Notes: generated from the sequence alone by a model not told the origin. Positions 16,420 through 24,225 are shown, counted from the first letter of the stretch. The stretch is 33,867 bases of DNA from an uncultured Candidatus Saccharibacteria bacterium (GCA_964621845.1 CAZUOL010000064.1:1-33867); one strand, 5' to 3'. A program made the numbers and translations.

Positions 16420-16881
16420 ATGAGAATCTTAGGGATTGATCCGGGTACGGGAATAGTTGGCTTCGGCATTATTGACCGAGATGGCCACAAGAATGAGTTA
16501 GTAGACGCCGGGGTTATCAGGACCCCAGCTCATCAGCCTGCTCATGAAAGGCTCGTCATTATCCATGACGACCTGAAGGGGATAATCAAACAACACAACC
16601 CAGAAGTGATGGTGGTGGAGCAACTATTTTTTGCCAAAAATGTGACAACCGCCATGACAGTCAGTCAGGCGCGAGGGGTTATTTTACTTCTTGGTGAACA
16701 AATGGGATTGAAGATTGCCGAATACACCCCCTTACAAATGAAACAAGCACTCACAGGTTACGGTAGGGCAGGGAAAAGTGAGATTCAAGAAATGGTTCGC
16801 CTTCAGTTAAAACTCAAAGAAACCCCAAAACCGGATGACGCAGCCGATGCGCTGGCAGCTGCATTGACATATTCTAGTTAA
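16420..16881 (+). CDS. ruvC: Holliday junction resolvase RuvC
   Basis: MRILGIDPGTGIVGFGII..., VVEQLFFAKNVTTAM and the C-terminal PDDAADALAAAL are the RuvC catalytic and conserved motifs. Confidence 0.93.
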   Translation: MRILGIDPGTGIVGFGIIDRDGHKNELVDAGVIRTPAHQPAHERLVIIHDDLKGIIKQHNPEVMVVEQLFFAKNVTTAMTVSQARGVILLLGEQMGLKIAEYTPLQMKQALTGYGRAGKSEIQEMVRLQLKLKETPKPDDAADALAAALTYSS

Positions 16882-16895
16882 TATTCAACAAAGTA

Positions 16896-16924
16896 TTGAC
16901 AAACATAAGCTTTTTTGCTAACAT
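16896..16924 (+). promoter_or_regulatory. Sigma-70-type promoter upstream of the 47-aa ORF
   Basis: Consensus TTGACA (16896-16901), a 17-nt spacer, then TAACAT (16919-16924) with an extended -10 TG (16916-16917). Confidence 0.5.
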
Positions 16925-16962
16925 AGTATTGTTACAACATAAAACAAATAAAAGGAACAAAA

Positions 16963-17106
16963 ATGCCCGAAGAACTCAAAAATAATCCAAGTCATAAAGA
17001 CTTCGATGCCTATTTACGCAGCTTTATGCGTCGTAAAGAACTACAGCACAGCGCCAAAGTTGCAAAAGATGCTGTTACTTCACTGGGTATCGCAGTCACC
17101 CTTTAG
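16963..17106 (+). CDS. Hypothetical 47-aa protein (below the ORF-track cutoff)
   Basis: ATG at 16963 preceded by AAAAGGAAC (SD-like) and the promoter above. It reads MPEELKNNPSHKDFDAYLRSFMRRKELQHSAKVAKDAVTSLGIAVTL with a TAG stop at 17104-17106. I recognise no family. Confidence 0.35.
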   Translation: MPEELKNNPSHKDFDAYLRSFMRRKELQHSAKVAKDAVTSLGIAVTL

Positions 17107-17132
17107 TTGCGCCAGGGTCCGTCCTTGACGCA
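17107..17132. repeat. Left REP-like inverted repeat
   Basis: See the mobile_element entry. It starts right after the stop codon (17104-17106) of the 47-aa ORF. Confidence 0.85.
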
Positions 17133-17212
17133 GCTGCGAAGCACAGAGTTCAAGGATAAGGTTGAGCGCGAGCGCGAGCTTCGTTGACCGAGCTTCGCTG
17201 ACGTCAACTAAC

Positions 17213-17827
17213 CTAGTGGTCGGCAAGCTCCCACTTGATTTCGTCAAGCATTTGTTTGTAATCTTTGTGATCATGCAAGAACCGTAGATAGTCATTCATA
17301 TCCTTAAATAGGTCTAGAATCCGCTGCGGCTTGAGCCATTCAGGTCTTTGCTCCTTGGGGTAGTATTTTAAGCTCGTATTATTGGAGGTTTCCCAGTCCT
17401 TCGGATTCAGGTGGATGTAGCGTGAAATGTGTTCAAGGTAGCTATCGGTATCAATACGCGAGGCTCGATACCTGCTTTGAAAAACTGGTCCTACTCGCCT
17501 GTATTTTTTGTTGTAGTACATGCTGTAGCTGGTCATGGCGGACCGCAAGAGATCAACGATGGCCCGGTTATCTTTTTGGTAAATCAACAGGTGGATGTGA
17601 TTAGGCATGAGTGCGTAACATAATAATTCAATCCGATCGCTATAGTTTGGATACGTATGGCGGCTGTTTGTTTTTTTGGGGGCTTTACTGAGGTAGCGCT
17701 TCAACAATCCGAGAAAAACTGTGTAGTCTGCTTCTTCATCAAATATAACTTGTTTGGCAACACCACGCGTGTATATATGATAATAACTTTCTTCGGCATA
17801 CTGCTTAACAATGTTTCTACCTGGCAT
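17213..17827 (-). CDS. REP-associated tyrosine transposase (RAYT; IS200/IS605-like HUH Y1 transposase family)
   Basis: HUH motif in LMPNHIHLLIY, a catalytic-Tyr region SRYIHLNP and the N-terminal YYHIYTRGVAKQVIF pattern. I start it at the ATG at 17827 (MPGRNIVKQY...), because the 13-codon extension in the ORF track is simply the right inverted repeat. Confidence 0.82.
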   Translation of the reverse strand: MPGRNIVKQYAEESYYHIYTRGVAKQVIFDEEADYTVFLGLLKRYLSKAPKKTNSRHTYPNYSDRIELLCYALMPNHIHLLIYQKDNRAIVDLLRSAMTSYSMYYNKKYRRVGPVFQSRYRASRIDTDSYLEHISRYIHLNPKDWETSNNTSLKYYPKEQRPEWLKPQRILDLFKDMNDYLRFLHDHKDYKQMLDEIKWELADH

Positions 17828-17840
17828 CGTAAGCTCATTA

Positions 17841-17866
17841 TGCGCCAAGGACGGACCCTGGCGCAA
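17841..17866. repeat. Right REP-like inverted repeat
   Basis: TGCGCCAAGGACGGACCCTGGCGCAA: a 7-bp stem, a mismatch, 2 more bp and a 5-nt loop. It lies 23 nt upstream of the ruvA start. Confidence 0.85.
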
Positions 17867-17889
17867 GGGGGATGTGGGATAATAAGTAC

Positions 17890-18471
17890 ATGATTTCGTA
17901 TCTTAAGGGAGTTGTGACCGAAAAAGCGAACAATGTTGTTGTTGAGTGTAACGGCGTTGGTTACGGTGTTTTAATGCCAACTTCCGACCTCAACCACCTC
18001 ACACTTAACCAAGAAATTAAGCTCTATATTCACGAACATATTAAAGAAGATGCTCACGATCTTTACGGTTTCGTTTCCATCGAAACCAAGCTACTTTTCG
18101 AACAGTTATTGAGTGTGAAGAATGTGGGCCCGAAGGTGGCACTTTCGGTGCTGGATATCGGTTCGGCCGACGATGTGCGTGCGGCTATTGCTGGCGGTGA
18201 TGTAAAACAGCTGCAGTCGGCTAAAGGTGTCGGTAAGCGCGCTGCTGAACAGATTGTGGTTGAGCTGCGTGATAAGGTTGGCGCACCCGTTGGTGAAGGT
18301 GCTGAAAATTTGATTACTCGCTCTGGTGTGAGTCAAAGTGATGAGGCCTTGCAAGCGCTTGTTTCGCTTGGATATACCGAAGCTGATGCCGCATTGGCTT
18401 TGCAAAACATTGACGCCTCCCTTTCTACCGAAGATCGTATCAAACAAGCCCTGAAAGGGAACCGGGTATGA
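17890..18471 (+). CDS. ruvA: Holliday junction branch-migration complex subunit RuvA
   Basis: MISYLKGVV...GVGYGV...LYIHEHIKEDAHDLYGF, then LLSVKNVGPKVALSVL and LQSAKGVGKRAAEQIVVELRDK (helix-hairpin-helix motifs). I take the start at the ATG at 17890 rather than 17872. Confidence 0.92.
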   Translation: MISYLKGVVTEKANNVVVECNGVGYGVLMPTSDLNHLTLNQEIKLYIHEHIKEDAHDLYGFVSIETKLLFEQLLSVKNVGPKVALSVLDIGSADDVRAAIAGGDVKQLQSAKGVGKRAAEQIVVELRDKVGAPVGEGAENLITRSGVSQSDEALQALVSLGYTEADAALALQNIDASLSTEDRIKQALKGNRV

Positions 18472-18779
18472 GTTATGCAACATACTTTCTGACTTGTGCA
18501 GATAACGAAGAGGCAAAAAAGATTGCAGAACAGCTGTTAAGTAAGCGGCTCGTGGCGTGCGCGAAGTACACATCCGTTGCATCTTCGTATTGGTGGGAAG
18601 GAAAAATAGAACATGCCGATGAGGAACTTTTAATACTTGAATCGACGGCAGAAAAATTTGATGTCATTGATGCCGAAGTAAAGAAGCTGCATAGTTACGA
18701 TCAGTATGTTCTGACGATGCAAAAAGTTGATCGCACCAACCCGCCTACTCTAGAATGGCTCAACAAGGAGTTGCTTTAA
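18468..18779 (+). CDS. cutA: Divalent-cation tolerance protein CutA
   Basis: 103 aa with KRLVACAKY...SSYWWEGKIE...EELLILESTAEKF, typical of CutA1. ATGA overlap with the ruvA stop. Confidence 0.87.
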   Translation: MSYATYFLTCADNEEAKKIAEQLLSKRLVACAKYTSVASSYWWEGKIEHADEELLILESTAEKFDVIDAEVKKLHSYDQYVLTMQKVDRTNPPTLEWLNKELL

Positions 18780-18781
18780 TT

Positions 18782-19195
18782 ATGAGAATTGGCGTAGCAG
18801 GTAGTATGCAGTTTATTGAGCAGATGGCTGAGGCAGCCGAAAAACTGCGCGAGCTTGGCCATGAGACCTTTATTAGCAAATTCAAGGACGAATATGTTGG
18901 TAAGTCTGATGACGAAAAAGAATCCCAGAAGTTACATGACAAAATGGAGAATGATGCTATTCGCGAATTTTGGCAGCCAATGCAAGATGCCGATGCCCTT
19001 TTGGTGGTCAATCTTGATAAGCATGGTATCAAAAACTATATCGGTGGCAACAGTTTTTTAGAAATGGGGTTTGCACACGTTTTAAAACAAAAGATATTTT
19101 TAATGAATTCAATACCGGAAATGCCCTATTATGGAACTGAGATTGTCGCCATGAGGCCAATCGTTATTAACGGAGATCTAACAAAGATTGTTTGA
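18782..19195 (+). CDS. Nucleoside 2-deoxyribosyltransferase-like / DNPH1(Rcl)-like Rossmann-fold protein (tentative)
   Basis: MRIGVAGSM... at the N-terminus, then [40 protein letters not shown]. This resembles the NDT/Rcl pattern of a late acidic residue in an xxE(M/L)G motif followed by a short helix and K-x-I. The assignment rests on pattern recognition only. Confidence 0.45.
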   Translation: MRIGVAGSMQFIEQMAEAAEKLRELGHETFISKFKDEYVGKSDDEKESQKLHDKMENDAIREFWQPMQDADALLVVNLDKHGIKNYIGGNSFLEMGFAHVLKQKIFLMNSIPEMPYYGTEIVAMRPIVINGDLTKIV

Positions 19196-19197
19196 TT

Positions 19198-20229
19198 ATG
19201 GCGGTTGATAGAATTATAAGCACCAAAGAAGATGAAACCCCAGAAGAACAAAAGTTCGAACAATCTTTAAGGCCAAAAAAGTTTCAGGAGTATATTGGAC
19301 AAGAACGGTTAAAAAAGAACCTGAAGCTGGCGATTGATGCAGCCAAAAAGCGCGGCGAGCCTGTTGATCATATTCTGCTGTACGGCCCACCGGGGCTTGG
19401 TAAAACCACTATGGCGAGTGTGATTGCCAATGAGATGGGGGCAGAAATTAGAATCACCTCTGGACCGGCCCTTGGTCGTGCTGGTGACCTTGCGAGCTTA
19501 CTCACGAACCTCCAAGATGGAGACATATTATTCATTGATGAAATTCACCGGCTCGGCCGTAGTGTTGAAGAGGTGCTCTATTCGGCAATGGAGGATTTTC
19601 AGCTTGATATTATGCTCGGCAAAGGGCCAACGGCAAAGTCACTGCGGCTCGATTTGCCAAAGTTTACCATTATTGGTGCCACCACCCGCACTGGTGCCTT
19701 GGCGGCACCACTCAGGGACCGTTTTGGTATTCAGCACCGATTAGAGTTTTACAATAATCAAGAAATTGGGGAAATCATACATCGCTCAGCCGAAATACTA
19801 GATGTGCATATTCAACCCGAGGCGGCTGGCATGATTGCTACGCGCGCTCGTTTAACGCCGCGCATTGCCAATCGCCTATTAAAGCGAGTGCGTGACTATG
19901 CTGACATTAACGGCGATGGTATCATTGATATCACTATTGCGCATGGCGCACTCGATCTACTAGAGATAGATGCCATGGGGCTTGACCCCGCTGACAGAAG
20001 ATTGCTCGAGGCTATCATTGAAAACCATGCTGGCGGGCCTGTGGGGGTTGAAACCCTTGCAGCACTTACAGGCGATGAGCGTTCGACTATTGAAGATTTT
20101 TTTGAGCCATATTTACTGCAAATTGGCTTTTTAGAGCGTACGCCACGAGGTCGCAAGGTGACCGTGAAAGCTTACGAACACCTTGGCAAGAAGATGAGCC
20201 AAAAAACTGATCAGCCATCATTGCTCTAA
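19198..20229 (+). CDS. ruvB: Holliday junction branch-migration ATPase RuvB
   Basis: [19 protein letters not shown], Walker [10 protein letters not shown], Walker [11 protein letters not shown], and sensor and winged-helix regions. An ATG at 19198 is more likely than the TTG at 19192. Confidence 0.95.
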   Translation: MAVDRIISTKEDETPEEQKFEQSLRPKKFQEYIGQERLKKNLKLAIDAAKKRGEPVDHILLYGPPGLGKTTMASVIANEMGAEIRITSGPALGRAGDLASLLTNLQDGDILFIDEIHRLGRSVEEVLYSAMEDFQLDIMLGKGPTAKSLRLDLPKFTIIGATTRTGALAAPLRDRFGIQHRLEFYNNQEIGEIIHRSAEILDVHIQPEAAGMIATRARLTPRIANRLLKRVRDYADINGDGIIDITIAHGALDLLEIDAMGLDPADRRLLEAIIENHAGGPVGVETLAALTGDERSTIEDFFEPYLLQIGFLERTPRGRKVTVKAYEHLGKKMSQKTDQPSLL

Positions 20230-20256
20230 TCTAACGGCCGCGCTATAGTAAGAGTA

Positions 20257-20979
20257 ATGAACGAACAGGCGTTGCGCGATAAGTTGCCAATTGGCTCGCA
20301 TGAAAAGATTATTAAGGTGATTCGACACCATTGGTTTGCGTATGTCAGTGTATATATTGGATCGGCATTAATAATCCTACTGATTTTATCGGTGGTAGCT
20401 ATTATTGGTGTGTACCATAATGACCTGCAGCTTTCGGCTTCAGCAGCTGGTGTTATCGCGGCGGGTGGTGGTATGTTTGCAGTAATTGTTGGTTTATTTT
20501 CACTCATCCCGGCTTGGTTGAAGAAACAGGAATACCTGGTACTTACCGAAGAGGCACTGATGCAGGTGAATAAGCCAAGTATCTTTACTAACAAAGTTTC
20601 GCAGCTGAATCTTGTGCATGTTTCTGATGTAACCGTGAACCAAGATGCAATCGGCAGCTTACTCGGTTATGGAAAGTTGGTAATTGAAACACCAGGGGAA
20701 CAAGATAATTACATATTCAGCATGGTAAATGACCCGCGCGGAGTTTCAAAGGCGATTGTTGAAGCGCATGAAAATTATGCAGCAGCACTTGAAAGCGGCC
20801 AAATTCAAACTACCCTCGGTAGCCGCCCCCCGGTAAACGGCACAGCATGGCGGCCGGAGCCCCCATTATCAACTGACGCTAGGCAATACCAGCCGGTTCA
20901 ACCGCCGCACGACTCTAAAGCAGCTGCTTCAGCACTTGGCCACATAGCGTCTGAAGAAGCTGAAACCGAAGATCAGTAG
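20257..20979 (+). CDS. Membrane protein with a bacterial PH domain (bPH_2/YdbT-like)
   Basis: EKIIKVIRHHWFAYV followed by two TM segments and a soluble domain (YLVLTEEALMQV...GKLVIETPGE), as in bPH_2 proteins. Pro-rich C-terminal tail. Confidence 0.65.
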   Translation: MNEQALRDKLPIGSHEKIIKVIRHHWFAYVSVYIGSALIILLILSVVAIIGVYHNDLQLSASAAGVIAAGGGMFAVIVGLFSLIPAWLKKQEYLVLTEEALMQVNKPSIFTNKVSQLNLVHVSDVTVNQDAIGSLLGYGKLVIETPGEQDNYIFSMVNDPRGVSKAIVEAHENYAAALESGQIQTTLGSRPPVNGTAWRPEPPLSTDARQYQPVQPPHDSKAAASALGHIASEEAETEDQ

Positions 20980-21051
20980 TTTTTTCATTCTGAGTACAAC
21001 AAAGAAACTGTATTCGAGACCTCCCGCTTTGCTCAAGATGAAAACGGGCCG

Positions 21052-21453
21052 TTATTTATTGAGGCTCAATTTTGTGTAGGTTGCTTCGCGCTCTAATTCA
21101 GTTGAAAGTTCAAAACTGGCACATTTGCCATTTTTGCAGCCCCGTGCCTGATAGGTGTACTCGCTCCCAGCTTGCCCAAGTGTCACCTCGTTTGCATCTT
21201 TCAGGCTATCGGGGTCAAGCCCTTTGAGCGTGTCGGCACTTACCTTTTGGGGGTAGTAGCCACTGCGTTCATGAAACGCCTCAAGCTGGTAATAAATGGC
21301 GTTGATATCGCGCTTTCTCATTTCATCGCGATTATCGGCCCTTAACCCTCGAATGTTTGAAACGGCAACACCAGCTATAACCAGCAGTACTAAAATGGCA
21401 ACCAATAATTCAATAACAGTAAAACCCTGATTGTTGTTTTGCAGTCTTTTCAT
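21052..21453 (-). CDS. Type IV pilin-like protein (orphan, second major-pilin-type gene)
   Basis: MKRLQNNNQG|FTVIELLVAILVLLVIAGVAV class III signal, a pilin-type RDxxRKRDINAIYYQLEAF helix and a C-terminal Cys pair (CKNGKC). Same architecture as the pilin at 28246. Confidence 0.8.
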   Translation of the reverse strand: MKRLQNNNQGFTVIELLVAILVLLVIAGVAVSNIRGLRADNRDEMRKRDINAIYYQLEAFHERSGYYPQKVSADTLKGLDPDSLKDANEVTLGQAGSEYTYQARGCKNGKCASFELSTELEREATYTKLSLNK

Positions 21454-21461
21454 TACGACTT

Positions 21462-21470
21462 ATTGTAGCA
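21462..21470 (-). promoter_or_regulatory. Extended -10 box (TGCTACAAT) for the orphan pilin
   Basis: The minus strand reads TGCTACAAT, ending 8 nt before the ATG at 21453, with no SD in between. Confidence 0.4.
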
Positions 21471-21492
21471 AATTTGCGAGAAGCAGTATAAT
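21463..21492 (+). promoter_or_regulatory. Candidate recA promoter
   Basis: TTGTAG (21463-21468), an 18-nt spacer, then a perfect TATAAT (21487-21492), about 44 nt upstream of the recA GTG. The -35 element overlaps the pilin -10 on the other strand. Confidence 0.38.
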
Positions 21493-21535
21493 AGTGGGCA
21501 GCAGGGTGGCTAACTGAATAAAAGAGAGGGTACAC

Positions 21536-22567
21536 GTGGCAAAGGCAACAAAAGCAAAGCAGGAAAACACAGCTGCCGATAACGGGAAACAAAAAGCATT
21601 AGATTTAGCGATGGAGCAAATCACCAAGCAATTTGGTGATGGTGCCATAATGAAGTTGGGTGAATCACACCATAGTGATGTTGAGACATTCGGCACCGGC
21701 TCATTAAGCCTTGATTTGGCGCTTGGCGGTGGTTTTCCAAAGGGGCGTATTATAGAAATTTATGGGCCAGAATCAAGCGGTAAAACAACCCTAACGCTTC
21801 ACGCTATCGCTGAGATTCAAAAAGCGGGCGGCACGGCTGCCTTTATTGATGCCGAACACGCGCTTGACCCACAATATGCCCGCCGGGTTGGTGTTGATAC
21901 TGAGAATTTGTTTGTAGCGCAACCTGATAACGGTGAGCAAGCGCTCGAAATTTGTGAAACTTTGGTGCGTTCGAACGCTGTTGATCTTGTGGTAGTGGAC
22001 TCCGTCGCCGCTCTTGTGCCACAGGCTGAAATTGAAGGCGATATGGGCGATAGCCATATGGGGCTTCAGGCGCGCTTAATGAGCCAAGCCCTCCGCAAGC
22101 TCACTGGTATTATTAACAAATCAAAAACCACGGTCATCTTCATTAATCAAATCCGTATGAAGATTGGTGTGATGTTCGGTAACCCTGAAACAACGACTGG
22201 CGGTAATGCCTTGAAGTTCTACGCTTCGGTACGTATTGATATTCGCCGTATTGGGCAGATTAAAGATGGCGAAAATATTATTGGCAACCGCACTAAAGTG
22301 AAGGTCGTAAAAAATAAGATCGCTCCCCCATTCAGAATTGCTGAGTTTGACATCATGTATAACGAAGGTATTTCGGCTACTGGTGATGCCGTAGATCTTG
22401 GCGTGCAGTATGGCATTGTTGGCAAAGCCGGTGCGTGGTTTGATTACAATGATGCCAAAATTGGCCAGGGTCGTGAAGCTGCCAAGCAATACTTAAAAGA
22501 AAATCCAAAAGTAATGGCTGAAATTATTAAAAAAGTGAAAGACGCCGCCGCTAAATCGGAGGAGTGA
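21536..22567 (+). CDS. recA: Recombinase RecA
   Basis: [25 protein letters not shown], Walker [29 protein letters not shown] and [33 protein letters not shown] start with an AGAGGG SD. Confidence 0.97.
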   Translation: MAKATKAKQENTAADNGKQKALDLAMEQITKQFGDGAIMKLGESHHSDVETFGTGSLSLDLALGGGFPKGRIIEIYGPESSGKTTLTLHAIAEIQKAGGTAAFIDAEHALDPQYARRVGVDTENLFVAQPDNGEQALEICETLVRSNAVDLVVVDSVAALVPQAEIEGDMGDSHMGLQARLMSQALRKLTGIINKSKTTVIFINQIRMKIGVMFGNPETTTGGNALKFYASVRIDIRRIGQIKDGENIIGNRTKVKVVKNKIAPPFRIAEFDIMYNEGISATGDAVDLGVQYGIVGKAGAWFDYNDAKIGQGREAAKQYLKENPKVMAEIIKKVKDAAAKSEE

Positions 22568-22569
22568 CC

Positions 22570-22962
22570 ATGCCAGAAGTACATTCACGGGCAGGAGAGC
22601 AAGCGGCACAAAGACGTATTTACGAGGTGATACTTACAGACGAGCAACTCAGTCGATTCGAAGAAAACGCGGTTGATGGAGCCATTACACTACGGGCCAT
22701 CTATCCGGATGACGTGTTGCAGCACTGTCCAGAGGGTATGCTGGCACATTTTATTTGGAGCGAACGAGAAGGCGAAGTCATAATTCCTGGTAAGGATGTG
22801 GCATGGTGGCTCAATACGCTCGACGATATGGATCACGAGCATGGCCAGCAGCCGCGGAGAAAGCCGTACGCTGAAGCTTATAGCTCACACCCTAAAAAGG
22901 GCTATGCAATACCCATAGATCAAGTTGAAATAGCGGAGCCAAGGTCTCTGCCAAAATATTAA
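22570..22962 (+). CDS. Hypothetical protein between recA and recX
   Basis: 130-aa ORF starting at the ATG 3 nt after the recA stop (the track's GTG at 22564 overlaps recA). I recognise no family. Confidence 0.5.
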   Translation: MPEVHSRAGEQAAQRRIYEVILTDEQLSRFEENAVDGAITLRAIYPDDVLQHCPEGMLAHFIWSEREGEVIIPGKDVAWWLNTLDDMDHEHGQQPRRKPYAEAYSSHPKKGYAIPIDQVEIAEPRSLPKY

Positions 22963-22964
22963 CG

Positions 22965-23546
22965 ATGAGAAAGGCTACACTCCTTCACGGAACAGATGGT
23001 TCGCCAGAATACTGCTGGTTCCCATGGCTGGTGAAAATACTTAATGAAAACAACCTTGATGTGTTTGTGCCACTATTACCAAAAAACCATACACCTAATC
23101 GATTTACCTACAATGATTTTTTACAAAAATCAGGCTGGGATTTTAGCGATAACTTACTAGTGGGTCATTCATCAGGTGCAACTACCGTTTTAAATCTTCT
23201 GCAGTCCGATTGGTTCCCGAAAGTTGACACGGTCGTCTTGGTGGGCACATTCTTAAATGAGAAACTTTTGCACGGCGTGGAGTGGTATGAGCCCGGGCAG
23301 TTCGAGAATCTGTTCCCTGAGAATTTTGACACTGAGAAAATAAAAAGCAAAGCCAATAAGTTTATCTTCATTCATGGCGATGATGATCTCTACTGTGATA
23401 TCGAAGACGCAAAGACCCTATTTAATCAGCTTGAAGGTACGTTTATTACAGTTCCAGGAGGTAAGCACCTCAGTAGCAATCGAACTGATCTTCCTGAAAT
23501 GATACCCGCACTTGTAGAGGGTGAGTTTGTAGTGTTTGAGGTTTAA
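22965..23546 (+). CDS. Alpha/beta serine hydrolase, YdeN/RBBP9 family
   Basis: LLHGTDGSPEYCWFPWL, nucleophile elbow VGHSSGA and IHGDDDLYC are typical of the PF06821-type serine hydrolases. About 190 aa. Confidence 0.75.
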   Translation: MRKATLLHGTDGSPEYCWFPWLVKILNENNLDVFVPLLPKNHTPNRFTYNDFLQKSGWDFSDNLLVGHSSGATTVLNLLQSDWFPKVDTVVLVGTFLNEKLLHGVEWYEPGQFENLFPENFDTEKIKSKANKFIFIHGDDDLYCDIEDAKTLFNQLEGTFITVPGGKHLSSNRTDLPEMIPALVEGEFVVFEV

Positions 23547-23553
23547 AATCCTC

Positions 23554-24225
23554 ATGAAAGTGACCAAGATTCAGCAACAGCAGAAACGGAAAGACAGGTA
23601 TTCAATTTATATTAATGAAAAATATCTCTTTTCGCTCAACGAATTTCAGTTGGCTGGCTCGGGCTTAAGAATTGGTAAAGAGCTTACACCGAGTGAGGTT
23701 GAAAATTTTGCAACAGAGTCGCAATTTGGGAAGGCATACGAGCGTAGTTTGAATTACGTTATGGTTCGCCCAAGAAGCCAAAAAGAAATCAAAGACTACC
23801 TTACTCGCACCTATTTGTACCCCAAGCCAAAATCATATGTTGATAAAAACGGTCAAAGACATTTTAAGCAACAAGAAGTCGACAAGGCCAAAGTATCAAA
23901 TTTGATTGTGCGGGTAATGGAACGCCTGGCCGACAAGGGCCATATAAATGATCAAAGATTTACTGAATCTTGGGTGCAATCGCGGATGCTACATAAAAAC
24001 CCAAGTAAACGAAAACTAGAGCAGGAATTATACGCGAAAGGAATTGATCAAAAAATAATTGCGACGGTGTTGCAAAATGAAGACTTGAATGAGCAGGATA
24101 ACTTGCTTGAGCTTGTAAAAAAGAAGCGTAAACTGCTACGCTATCAAGACGACCAGAAGCTTATCGCCTATTTGCTTCGCCAAGGGTTTAACTATGACGA
24201 CATCAGAGATATCATCAACGAATGA
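23554..24225 (+). CDS. recX: RecA regulator RecX
   Basis: KRKDRYSIYINEKYLFSL at the N-terminus and repeated three-helix units (KAYERSLNYVMVRPRSQKEIKDYL, VMERLADKGHINDQRFTESWV, LIAYLLRQGFNYDDI). I prefer the ATG at 23554 to the TTG at 23536. Confidence 0.85.
   Translation: MKVTKIQQQQKRKDRYSIYINEKYLFSLNEFQLAGSGLRIGKELTPSEVENFATESQFGKAYERSLNYVMVRPRSQKEIKDYLTRTYLYPKPKSYVDKNGQRHFKQQEVDKAKVSNLIVRVMERLADKGHINDQRFTESWVQSRMLHKNPSKRKLEQELYAKGIDQKIIATVLQNEDLNEQDNLLELVKKKRKLLRYQDDQKLIAYLLRQGFNYDDIRDIINE

Larger units (their letters stand above)
17107..17866 (-). mobile_element. RAYT/REP unit: an HUH-Y1 transposase gene bracketed by 26-bp inverted REP-like hairpin sequences
   Basis: 17107-17132 (TTGCGCCAGGGTCCGTCCTTGACGCA) is the reverse complement of 17841-17866 at 25 of 26 positions. 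Each copy is itself an imperfect hairpin (TGCGCCA...TGGCGCA). Confidence 0.72.

Noticed and set aside
17828-17866. N-terminal extension (TTG start) of the RAYT ORF
   Set aside because: The extra codons are simply the right REP inverted repeat read in frame. The ATG at 17827 gives the conserved N-terminus.
18106-18582. 158-aa minus-strand ORF across ruvA and cutA
   Set aside because: It is antisense to two recognisable, translationally coupled genes, so it is a shadow ORF.
20980-21051. Possible terminator hairpin CCCGCTTT...AAAACGGG between the bPH gene and the orphan pilin
   Set aside because: The stem contains a mismatch or wobble on either strand, the loop is 10 nt and no clean T-run follows. 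It is too weak to call.
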